NCBI GenBank assembly: GCA_028534125.1
Contig: CM052817.1
Location: 22,508,001-22,572,000, forward strand
Reading direction: 5' to 3'
Origin: Lama glama
Taxonomy: Eukaryota
DNA length: 64,000 bases
Below are positions 11,924-23,449 of this stretch, one piece after another. Both the position numbers and the translations under genes were made by a program. The notes under the pieces were generated by a model. The model searched no databases. It saw nothing but the letters and a program-made list of their open reading frames with translations, and was not told the DNA's origin. Every line of letters starts with the position of its first letter. Position 1 is the first letter of the stretch.

Positions 11924-14389
11924 TGTTCTGGGCAAAAACTTACACTTTGTTTAATTCTCCTAATAACTGTCTCTCTGGAAGCACAGAACCCTAATAGTTA
12001 TGAAATTATAGGTCTATGTCAAGAATAAAAAAACTCAAAATAAAACTTCTTGCACTTGAGGGAATATTAGGCATAAACAATAAGATAGAGAAAATGAAAG
12101 CCACAGACGATTCACAGCATCCACAATGTCCTGAGATAACCAAGTGGCTTAGATCAAACCCCCTGACAATGGTGCTCTAATCAGGCTGTGAGTACTTAAA
12201 TATGTGTTATAAACCCGAAGTCTTTAAGCCAATAAGGCATATAGCGTGGTTATTCCTTTATGTTTTCAATTTTCTAGTTAAAAGATAAATATAAAAAGGT
12301 GAGATACAACAATAAAATGTTGGAGAACATAGACAAATTATTTGTTATCATCAAAGGAAACATGCCAAACACTTAAAGTAAATAAAATTCCATGTGGATG
12401 CTTTAAGTTAGAAAGTTTATAAGGACCTGCCCTTGTTTCCATCACAACTTTGTTTAGGACCACCATAATCAAATTATGTCACACTCAAGGAAACCTGAAA
12501 ATATGCCCCAGAGCTAAGTTATACATGCCTTTGCAATTTTAGTACCTATATCATTATCTGTGTAAGTAAAACACAATTTAAATATCATTCCAATTTTATA
12601 TTATTTGTTAATTGCACACTATCATGAAAAAAAAACAAACTTGGCCAACATTTTAGTATTATACTTATTGCCTTCAAGTTGCCTTAATTCACTTACAAAA
12701 AAAAGTCATTCATAACATGGTTATCAAGTCAGAAAATACAAAAGTGAAGAGCATATTCAAGTTCAATTATATGAAGACAGCCTAAACTATAATCCCAACT
12801 TCATATGTTAAAACCCCTAATTCTCTGATAAAGTGGAATCATAATTTATTCTTTTCACTGTTTTGGTTAACTTGGAACGTTTTTAAACAAAACAACATAT
12901 CTACTTTGGGGAGGCTTTATATTTTCCCAAGTTGATTATTTCTTTAGCACATTTGGGTAGGAAGGATCTTAAGATGGTAAATTTGTAACCTAATGTTCCT
13001 AATTATGAAAATGGCAACCACTTCAACATAAATCTTTGTAAATATAAAAACTTTCAGATACAGATTTTTTATATCTGTCAGCCTATAACATTTTTAGAAT
13101 AGTCTCCAATGCAAAGAAGAAAATTGTTCCCTGAAAAAATTCAAGATAAAATTCAAACACTAAGAAAAAAGCAACCATGTCTGATCTTAAGCCCCAGTAT
13201 TTATTCCACAGTTGCTCATGGGTCCCTTTGTCTTCTCTTGGGCACAAGAACTTTTGCTTATTTAAAATAAATTCAAAAAACATAATTATCTTCACATTCC
13301 TACATTTCCATCTGGTATTTAATTCCAATGACGAGGTTTTATTTAAGTAACATTCTCTCAGCCACCCTGTAATTGCTCTCTTCTGTCCCTTTTCTATTCA
13401 TGGAGATTCACACATTGCAAACTATCAAGACTTAATTCAGCAGACAGCCTGAGTTCTCTTATGAGGACCTCAACAGTTTCTAGGTTGCTCTGAGTACTTT
13501 TTTAAACAGGCCATGAATTTCTTAAGTCTGGGTCTGCACAAGCCCACGTAGGGAAATAATCTAATAATTGGCTCACAAGGTACCATCCATTGATGACAAA
13601 GACCATTTAAAAAAAACACAAAAACAAGCTCTGGATGACATCAATCTCAGCTGCATATATTGTATTTCAATACAATCTTATTGGTCTCTTCAAACAAATA
13701 TCAAAACCAGGACTCTTCTCCATTTCTGTGGCCACTTACAATCTCAGAATAAAGGAAAGGAGAGAAAAATAAGTCCAGCTCAAAAATATTAAGAGATTTT
13801 AATGATTTTGTGTTTTCTGGTGCCAAACTAGTAGCAAATTAAACTCCAGTCAAATTCAACCTGAAACATGAAACTGTCACTAAAATTGTTTCAATTTAAC
13901 CTTAACTATCTTGATCCTATCTTCTCCAAAATCCACCTAATTCTCTTTCCTCCTGTCACCATAACAACCAATATTCTATAATGAGAAATTAGCATCTTCA
14001 ATTTTAAAAGGTAGGAAAAGACTTCTTATATATGGGATGTTTCCCTTTAGTCCTTCTGAAAGAAGGAAAATGTGTAGAATAAAGGGGTGTTAATTCACTG
14101 ATCAAAGATGATCCAAAACATATCAACAGTCAAAAAAATTAAGTTTAAGTTTTAGGTTACTTACATGTTATTTCAGTAATTTTCTCACATCCGTTATCCG
14201 TGGCATTTTATAATAAAGAAAAATAAGGCACAGGAAAAGGGACTAAAATGGCCAGAGTTCTACAGGTGACAGAGGATACTGAGAGAAAGAGAGACAAACA
14301 TAAACACTGTGATTCTAGGTAACATGTTTATAAACATTAAGCTAACTTGCCTGCTAAGATCCTTTTTTCATTCAACTTGTGCCCCTTCC

Positions 14390-14650
14390 TATATGGCAGT
14401 TCCTGTATAAGACAGTGGAAACAGGTAGCGAATGAAAGGAATTTTGCGAACAAATGAAAATAAGCAAACAAAATCCCTGCTTTATTGATCCCAACTTTTA
14501 TTTGGGGGAATGAATCAATACATAGTTAGCAAGTAAGATATATTCTATTTTAGTTGAAGGGTAGTGTCGGGCGGCAGGAGCCGGGTGAGGAATAAACCAC
14601 AGAAGGGGAATAGGAAGTGCCCAAGATATGTGCTGGATGTAGACAGTTTA
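14390..14650 (-). mobile_element. L2 fragment
   Basis: 'ggcagttcctgtataagacagtggaaacaggtagcgaatgaa...aaatccctgctttattgatcccaacttttatttggggga' resembles the antisense L2 3' region. Confidence 0.4.
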
Positions 14651-14662
14651 AAAGTCACATTG

Positions 14663-14821
14663 TGTGGGAGGCTATAGCTCAAGTAGTAGAGGGCATGCTT
14701 AACATGCATGAGGTCCTGGGTTCAATCCCCACTACTTCTTTCAAATATAAATAAACCCAATTATCTCACCCCCATTTTAAAAAAAAAAAACAAGAGAGAA
14801 TAAAAAGCAAAATGTATTAAA
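14663..14821 (+). mobile_element. camelid tRNA(Ala)-derived SINE (vic-1 type)
   Basis: gggaggctatagctcaagtagtagagggcatgcttaacatgcatgaggtcctgggttcaatcccc with A box (tagctcaagtagt) and B box (ggttcaatcc), A-rich tail, and TSD aaaagtcacattg (14650-14662) / aaaaatcacattg (14822-14834) at a TT/AAAA site. Confidence 0.9.
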
Positions 14822-15324
14822 AAAAATCACATTGGTCATATTTGTGTTTTAGGAGAACTACACTACTGGCAACTTATAAAACGATTCAGAGGAGAAAGCT
14901 AAAATACGATTCAGAAGAGACCGTCTATATTTAGAAATTTGTAGGGAAAAAAGCATCATTTTTGGGAAGCAGCTTTACTCTAGAAGAAATCACTCAGTTG
15001 GGAATTCTGTAGAAAATATTAAAGACCAGCCAAAGGATATTGTGCTTGGCTAATGCTTTTATAAATATATGTATGAATCTGGAGATAGATATTCATCTAT
15101 TGTCTCCATTTATAAATCACATATTATTAAAAGTAATATGTTGAGTATTTGTTTTCATGTAATATTTATTCATCAGTTATACTTTTGTTTTTGAAATGAA
15201 AGGAGCTAGATCTATAAAGGCGATTGTCTGGTTTAAGATAAGACCAAATCATATGTATTCCACTTTTTTCAGAAAATCTTTCCATGTGATTATGTTTTCT
15301 ACAAAATTAATGTAAAGTTAACAG

Positions 15325-15537
15325 TAATGCAGTACTTATTACATGTTAGGCATTATTCCTAAGTTAACATGTTAACCTATTTAATGCTAATAACTAACTA
15401 TAGAGGTAAATACTGCTACTTCTCATTTGGAGGAAGTGAGACATGGAGAAAATGTATAACTAATTGGAAGTCTCCTATTTAGAAAGTACCAAAATTAGGA
15501 TTTCACTCAAGTAGTGTGACTCCACTCTTAATAACCA
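15325..15537 (-). mobile_element. MIR SINE
   Basis: 'agtacttattacatgttaggcattattcctaag...tctcatttggaggaagtgagacatggaga...aggatttcactcaagtagtgtgactcca' is antisense MIR. Confidence 0.65.
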
Positions 15538-15559
15538 ACACACCTTCACGGCATTTCAA

Positions 15560-15800
15560 GCATGTGTTACTCATTTAACCAGTTACCTATTTGTATTTAT
15601 CTTGGTGGTTCTAAATATTTGCCATAATAAAATAACACGGTGCTGAACATTCTGGCAGCAAAATATTTTACACATCTTTTATTATATTCTGAGGATATAA
15701 TATTACAAGATAAATGTTCAGATTTGCGATTATGCAAAACAACAACCCTTTATCCAAATTGTCCTCCGTAAAAGTTGTATAAATATTTTCTCCCTTAAAG
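15560..15800 (-). mobile_element. old L1 (L1ME-like) fragment
   Basis: 'tttaaccagttacctatt...tttgccataataaaataacacggtgctgaacattct...ccaaattgtcctccgtaaaagttgtataaat' resembles the antisense L1ME ORF2 end. Confidence 0.5.
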
Positions 15801-16819
15801 ATGCCTGAGTTCTGATCTCTTTTTATCTACAATATTACTGTAGATGTTTTCTTTAAAAAAATTAAAATTAACGTTTGTTTCAGTTGTGTGGAGTCACTTT
15901 TTGTAGCTCTCATACATCATAAAAACAACTCTGTGGTTCATTTTCTCTTTGGATCCAGTCTTCTTCCATGAAGAGAGAACAAAGTTATGACCAGGAATGG
16001 CATTTTCTAAAATGCTGGCTTATTTGGAAGGTAGTAAAAAACTCACAAAAGAACAGATGCTTTAAGACTAGGGGAAGATTTTTATATTTTCTATTCACTG
16101 TAAAGTTAAGTGTAGGACAGAGGAAGGCCAAGTGATTCCCATTGTGTGACTGTGTAGGAGAATGTGGAAGATAGCGATTTAAAATTTTCACCTACTTTAA
16201 AGAAAAGATACTGAATATTCTAAAATTCCTCCTGTGTTGGAGAGAATTCAAAAATTTAAAATATTAATAATTGGTATCTTGGCTCAGCAGGGACAAACTT
16301 AGAATGCCTGTTGAGAGTAGAAATCACAAACTTAAAATTGTTCTGATCTGATTGCAGAATGTTTAGAAACAACTTACCATTTCCTTTTGTTTTTAATGTT
16401 TTTCCACATTCATCTTGCTACTATTGTTTAATGTTTAAAAGGTTTTATGAGTGGGTTAGATATAATTCTGCATATGTAAAAACCATGCCATCTGCTCTGA
16501 CACAGAGTAACTATAAGGCTGTCCATGTAAATGCAATTTGTAAGTTCAGGCAAGTCAGCTTAGATGCTGGATGCATATTTATGTCTGTCAGTGTGTACCA
16601 TGACCATTCACCTGCCTGCTGTATGGCTTCTATGATGCTCTGGTTTATTTCTCTCTCTTAAGAGTCATCCCATCCCACAGGATCAAGAAGCTTTTTTCCA
16701 AATACACAGGAGGTGATGAGTTTTTTAAACTCATTTCTGGGGTTAGGTAGGGATCGATACTCGTTTAGCAGCATTTAGAAGAATCTTACAACCAGTTTTA
16801 TGATAGAAAAATACCCATA

Positions 16820-17170
16820 TTCTTCATTCTTTCATCATATTTATCAGATTTACATTGTGTGCAAATCTTTATAGCAAGCTGTAGATACCACAGGCCCTTA
16901 AGGGTCCTACAGATACTGAAAGAGATAAACGTATATATGTGTATACAGCACTGTGTTAGAAAAAAGAAATCAGCAAAGCTGGTGGTGGGTCAATAATAGA
17001 GAAATTTCACACAGCAGGATGTGTCTAAGCTGGTTAGACCAAGGTAGAATGAACATTCCAGGCAGAGGTTAAAAATTGTGGAAGGAGACTGAAGAGGTAA
17101 GCTCTGCTGGAGACAGCTAAGTGATTCTAACAAGATTAGGTTGAGAAAAAGTGAGTAATAAGGTTAGAGA
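16820..17170 (-). mobile_element. L2 fragment
   Basis: Begins 'ttcattctttcatcatatttatcagatttacattgtgtgcaaa' and contains 'gaacattccaggcagagg', typical of antisense L2 3' ends. Confidence 0.55.
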
Positions 17171-19333
17171 AATGTACATCACAAATGCCGCAACACAGAG
17201 CTAGAACAAGGTCAACAAAGAAGAAGGACTCCAAATGTCTTTTGCGTGAGAAACAAAAAAAGTGAAGTTATATGTCTCATAACTCATGCTTTTCAAATCT
17301 GTTGATGAGTGGTAAAGAAAGTGCATGTTTATATCTGAAAGAGGTGAATTTTTAAATGAATAAAATACATCAGGCATATACAAAATAATTGGCAATTTCT
17401 AATGACCCGGTTTTGTCCTGAACAGAATAAATTGTTTTTATTAAATTCTACAAAATTTGTGTTTAACAAGGAGATGATGCATACCCTCGGATACACCTAC
17501 TTTTTTTTCCAAATTAATGCAGGAAGTATTGCTGGGAACGTTACATGGGTATAAAATTTACCCTGAAGATAATAAACTCATGCATACATACTAGATAGTA
17601 AAGTGCAATGCAATGAATTTTCATTTGTGTCAGATAGAATCTTATTCTAGTATTTTCCATGTTCTGAAAAGGGCGATTACATGATGGCTAACATCTCTGT
17701 GGACCTAAATAAAAGTGTAGATTTTAATCTCCATAGTCCATGTTTGGAATTATAAAATGCACCAATTGTTTGGCAACAGATTTTAAATAGATTAGTTTTT
17801 TCTTTATCTTCCTGTTCTTCATGTGAATGGAAATGGACATTGTTTTAATTATGGGGTAAAGTAGATCCCTGTTTAATTTCAAAGATGGTCTGTGGGACAT
17901 AAATGCATCATGGGAGCAAAACAGAAAGGTAATCTACTGGAAGTTCTCTCTCATTTAGTTTCAGGTGATGAATCAGCTTGAGCCAAGTATCTGAGAAAGT
18001 GAATTTTAACTTTTCCCTAAAATGCACAACATACTGCCTGAATTTAGTCAATTTTGGTCAAGTCCAGTACAAAGTTCTACTGTACTGGTATTCATGGTCA
18101 GTAGTTTCTGTCTTCAGGTTTCATTCTATTCATGATAGAATTTATGCACTATATATTACAGAATATATAATGATATATTTACATATGTATGTACATCTAT
18201 TCCCCTAGAAACTAGAAGGCAGATAGAATATATGAGAAAATATATTTTATATATGTATCTATATATTCTATCATGAAACTAGATAGGAGCAACAACCCCA
18301 AACTACCAACTGTGAATGTCAGTACAGTGGAAATTAGACCAAAATTAATGAAAGACATTAGACATTTCAGGTAAAAAAAAAATTACTCCCTCAGTAGTCA
18401 GGCTTGGTGCTGAAGTGTGTAATGTTCTAGTCTATCATAAACTTTCTGCCTATCATTTATGTGCTTTTCATCTATAAATATGAAATAGTATACATACATA
18501 ACTATATACTTATTTCTCTCCCTCTCTCTCCCTCTTTATCTAAATCTCTCTCTGCTGTTATAGGTAAGGTCTGTATGTACATGCATGTGTAGGAAAATAC
18601 CATCTTTGAAGAATATAGTAAAAAGTAACAGACCAAACATAAAAACAATATAGGCAAATGACTCACATGCATACACACGCATTCAATATTTGGACCCATT
18701 CTGGTGAATTTCAGGATAAAATGTGTCATAAATATTCACATTAACCATAACTTTTCCTTATTAACTCCAGCATCCTTTGACCTTTGGCTGACCCTCCTCT
18801 TCTGGGAATTTCTCACTAGAGACTTCCTATTTGGGTAACCCCTATTCCTCCTTAAAACCATATGCATCATTATTATTTTCATTTAGTTTTTCCCATTTTA
18901 TATTCATCTTTTCTTTTGCTGTTTTATATTATTTTGACTTGGATAAGATTATCTTTCCATGGGAAAAAATATGTATTACAGTGATTTTTTTTTCTTGTGT
19001 TGCCAAACAAAGACATTTTTCTCACTTAAGATAAATTCTGTTGTCACTTATTTAATTAGTATTTTTTCTCTGATTCTTCATTCAGAAATAGTTTTCTGTT
19101 TCAGCCCTGTATTAGGCACTATGTAAGCAACTGCACAAACGTTGCTAAGAAAGAGCCATTACACCAGCCCTCACTCAACTTAAGAGTCTAGCCGGATATT
19201 TTTTACCCCTTGACAGCAGCACTTGACTAAACATGCTTGCCTTAGTGTTCTCAATGGAACAGCCAGCATTCTTTGCCATTGCTGTGCATGCTGGTGCTTA
19301 GGATAAAATATGCAGTGATTGCTTATTTCTAAA

Positions 19334-19544
19334 CTGCACTGTCCAATATGGCAGCTACTAGTCACACAAGGCTCCTTAAGTTTAACTTCAAATTAATTAA
19401 GATAGATAATATTAAATATTATTTCCTTAGTAATACTAGCCCAATTTCAATGCTCAATAGCACAAGTGATTAGTGGTTACTGTATTGGACAAAGCATAAG
19501 TAGGACATCCTTATCATTGTAGACAGTTTTATTGGCCAGTGCTT
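19334..19544 (-). mobile_element. MER3 (hAT-Charlie MITE)
   Basis: ~210 bp running 'ctgcactgtccaatatggcagctactagtcacac' ... 'tagtggttactgtattggaca' ... 'ttttattggccagtgct', with terminal and internal inverted repeats collinear with MER3. Confidence 0.85.
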
Positions 19545-20269
19545 CCTATAATATATGAGCCAAGGGATCAGGGTATCATCGCATAGTATTATAAAACTTT
19601 TTTCTTATTCTACTATGAGTGCAGATCAATAAATCCTTCCAAAGACCTTAGGAGAACTGAAAAGAAACATAAATTTTTCCATCAGATTTTAGTCAAGATT
19701 CTATCTTTTTTCTCTACCGTTTTTGCTATTATACAAAGAATCATTTTCTGATGCAGTACAAGTTTTATTTTTTTTAAATATTCTCCTTTAAGTGATTCTC
19801 AAAATAGTCTTTATCCATGTGTCAGTGTCCAATTTGACTTCCCTATACTGTTTTTGAAATAAGGCATATTGTTTATATTTTGTATTTATGTTTTTCTTAA
19901 TTAAAAATCCTTATTCCTCAAAATAAAATAAAAACTACTGATTTTTTTTTTGCTGTTGAATTAAAAATAATTTATTTTTTAAGCTCTGTCTACTCTAGGA
20001 AAACTAATTTTGTTTCTGTTCCACATGTTCTGTTCCCAAATCTACAAAAAAAAAGTTTTTGCCATTTTCTATAGAAAATTGTTTGAGAAAAATGTTTTAA
20101 TCTTTATTAAGACATTTGGAATTTAGTAGATAACACTGAATTAACTATTGGTCAATTTAAAAAATCTGTATTCAAAGATAATATGTATCAAATGGGTAGT
20201 CATAAAATAATAATATTTATAATCAACTTAGTAAACTCTCTAAGTCACTACAGGAGGCACAGAGGGTGA

Positions 20270-20415
20270 AATTACTGGAGCTTGAAATTAGAAGAAAAGA
20301 CTTGAATCCCAGCTCCTCCACTTCAACACAATCATTACTACTTCATTGGCTGTACCTTGGCCAAGATGTTTAACTGCTATGTTTCACTTCTTTATTTTTA
20401 TAATGGAAGTATATA
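20270..20415 (+). mobile_element. MIR fragment
   Basis: 'gacttgaatcccagctcctccactt...ggctgtaccttggccaagatgtttaactgctatgtttcacttc'. Confidence 0.55.
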
Positions 20416-20427
20416 AGTCCCAAAATT

Positions 20428-21005
20428 GTTTTCATAAATACAGTTATCATTCAATATTATGTTAGCTGCAGGTGTACTACATTTGCATACATTAGGAAAT
20501 GATTATCACAATAAGTCTGGTAATCATCTGTTTCCATACATTATTATAATATTATTGAGCACATTCCTTATGCTGTATATTAATCTCATGGCTTATTTAT
20601 TTTATGACTGAAGGTTTGTACTTCTTAAACCCCTTCACCTATTTTGTCCATCTTCCCACCACTAGACCCTCTGACAATGACACATTTGTTCTTTGTATTT
20701 ATAAGTCTGTTTTTTTTGTTTTGTTTTGTTTTGTTTGTTTTTTAGATTCCACATATAAGTGAGATCATACAATATTTGTCTTTCTCTGATTTATTTCATT
20801 TAGCATAATACTCTCTAGATCCATCCAGGTTGTCACAAATGGCAGCATTTTTATGGCTTAGTAATGTTCTATTGTATATATACACTATATCTTCTTTATC
20901 CATTCATCTATTGATAGTCACTTAGGTTTCTTCCACATCTTGGCAATTGTAAAGAATGCTACAGTAAGCATCCAGGTGCACATATCTTTTCAAACTCGTG
21001 TTTTT
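20428..21005 (-). mobile_element. LINE-1 3' end (L1MA-type/laurasiatherian)
   Basis: 'tttagattccacatataagtgagatcatacaatatttgtctttctctgatttatttcatttagcataatactctctagatccatccaggttgtcacaaatggca' is canonical antisense L1 3' UTR/ORF2 end. Confidence 0.9.
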
Positions 21006-21267
21006 AACTTGATAGATTTAAAGTGGTAACCCCCACATGGATTAATCTTATTAATCCTTTGTCCCTACTCACTAATCTATTTTTGTTGTTGTTGTGGTTG
21101 AGAAGGAGTCTCAGTAATTATTTTCCCACAAATCTTACTTTTCCTTTAAGGATTCAAATTTTAGACTGCCCATCGGCCAACATGTCTAGAAAATAGAGTT
21201 AGTACACTTATCATTTATTTTCAAAGAATATCTTTCTTTGTAGACCTCTTCTATGTTCAGTGATACT

Positions 21268-21335
21268 GGGTAGGATTGCATAGTTTGGGCACCGTACAAT
21301 TCCAGGGAATTCTATTCACAGAGACTAAAAGCATA
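21268..21335. mobile_element. MER91-like (hAT-Tip100) half element
   Basis: 'gggcaccgtacaattccagggaattctattcacagagacta' resembles MER91 'tgcactgcacaactctagggggcgccattcacatagacta' (recalled). Confidence 0.4.
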
Positions 21336-22759
21336 TGCTATGGCTAAGATTTATAAAACTGTTTGATTACATTGTTTAAATTATCTTATATCTCAGTTTT
21401 TCCAATTGTGAAGTAGAAATCAAAACTTAAAGCATGTTTAGAAGAGATGTTCTTGGCTATGGATACATAGAAAGTATGACTATATAAAATTTAGAACATA
21501 GTTTCATTTACTGTAATCTGGAGAATTTTTGTCTTTGATTCAGTAAGTCCCCAGGCATCTGCAAACAAGTTCACATTTTATCCAAGTGTTAAAATTAAAA
21601 TAAAATTGTGAACTAGAGCAAAGATTTATACGCACTGACAGGATACTAAACACTTTTATGTAAACAATATGTTTTAGATAAATCAATAAACTAACTCCAA
21701 TTGGCATTTTATAAAGTTACCTGTCATTTCTATTTAATGTAACAATATGTTTTTAAGTATCACCCCTTTTTCTTAAAGTCTGCTATAACAGACATAAAAC
21801 AAAGCAATACGAATAAACTTCTTCACACTTCATTAGCATTAGTAGTATCTCTAGGTCTTCCCGTGTTGACAAGCTGTGAGAAACTGAGGGGATAAAATGT
21901 CATCCATGCACAACTGGATATAGCCAGGATTTGTATAAACTTTGAAAATTATGCTCTTTTATGTCCTCTCCATTATTGCAAACATTTATTGCAAACAGTT
22001 GATTTTTGAATATTTAAATTGGAAGAGGGCATGGAGGTGAAATTGTTCATTGCTTTTGTTACCCAGATGAAGAAACTGGGGTCCAAAAAATTTACTGAAA
22101 TTAGTTGTCGGCAGCATGATGAACACAAGAATCCATATCTCCAAAATCCTGTTCTTGTGGTTATTCCCACTCAAATATGATGCCTCCCACCAAAAACGAA
22201 ATATAAAGGGCCTGCAGTTCTGGCCTTTTCTAAAGATCTGATTGCATTTACATACAGGCTAAAGGAGTTTTTCTTAGCTGCTTCAGGAAAACAGAGCAGG
22301 CTAATTATGTAATATAATTAATTCTATTTTTCTTCAGGGCATCCACATAACTTAGGGGCTGCTCTGAATTTAAAAGAAACAGCAACTACCACATTTCCTT
22401 GTAGATTTATTGAACCTAAGATGATGTTCTTCATAAACATAACTCTATATGCAATCTGCTCTATACTGACCATACATTTTTTTAAAATGTCTTTCAATGC
22501 CTAAGTTCTTCTGTATTTTTTTTCTTTCTATCTGTTATTTTAAAAGCAGTAACACTTTTTACAGAGAAATATATCCATATTACAGTAGGATAAATATCTT
22601 TTCTTCATATAGGGAAAGTTCAGTGGTCTTAAATATTCCATCTAGAAACACACAAACTAAGTAATTTATCTTATATATGGAAATGTTTACAGTTCCTTTA
22701 TGGCTTTAGATTTGAAGAATTCAACTTTTGCTTTGTAAATTTTAACATGATGTTTTCAG

Positions 22760-22920
22760 AGAGGCAGTGCAGTACAGTATGTAAAAGCATCAACTCTGAG
22801 GTCAAGTTTGTAAAATTCAGTTCCCAGCCCTATCACTTACAAACTGATTCACCTTGGACAAGAAATAGATCCTCTATGTGCCTCAGTTTCCTCATGGGTA
22901 ATATGAAAATAATAATTATA
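22760..22920 (+). mobile_element. MIR SINE
   Basis: 'aggcagtgcagtacagtatgtaaaagcat...cccagccctatcacttac...accttggacaag...ctctatgtgcctcagtttcctcatgggtaatatgaaaataataat'. Confidence 0.8.
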
Positions 22921-23310
22921 TGTGTTATTTATCATATATATATTATATATTATAACTTTATATTATATATATTTTGTAATTATATAGATAAGTATGTCTA
23001 ACTCTGCTTTCCTGTGGATATTAAACTAATTCCTCTATATTATGTTCTCAAAACAGTCCAGACCAAAATAAATGATTTGATAAGCTTTAGTTATAATTAT
23101 TATTATTTGTATGATTATCACAATAACCAAAGTACAAAGCACATGGCTATCTTCATATATGTATATATTTATACATATATGAAAATATATCTGTAAACTA
23201 TATATAATAATATATATTCATAATTATATTTCTATTAACAAGTTTACTTAATTACATTAAATATTAATATAATTATTAAAATATTTAATTACATTTAGAT
23301 TATATATATT
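22921..23310. repeat. AT-rich low-complexity region
   Basis: Dense TA/TTA tracts. Confidence 0.6.
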
Positions 23311-23449
23311 TTTTGTTATCCCTAGTTTTGTTGTAGAGAGAAGATATGTATTTATTGAGGGACAGAAAAGGGACACATCAGAACCCTGCTGTTTTTGAGC
23401 TTGGTGTGTGGTCAATAGCATGTGACATATATAAAACAAATTATATGTC

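Noticed and set aside
14666..14735. tRNA-Ala gene (also 39845-39912 on minus)
   Set aside because: Acceptor stem does not pair properly; A-rich tail and TSDs show these are SINEs.
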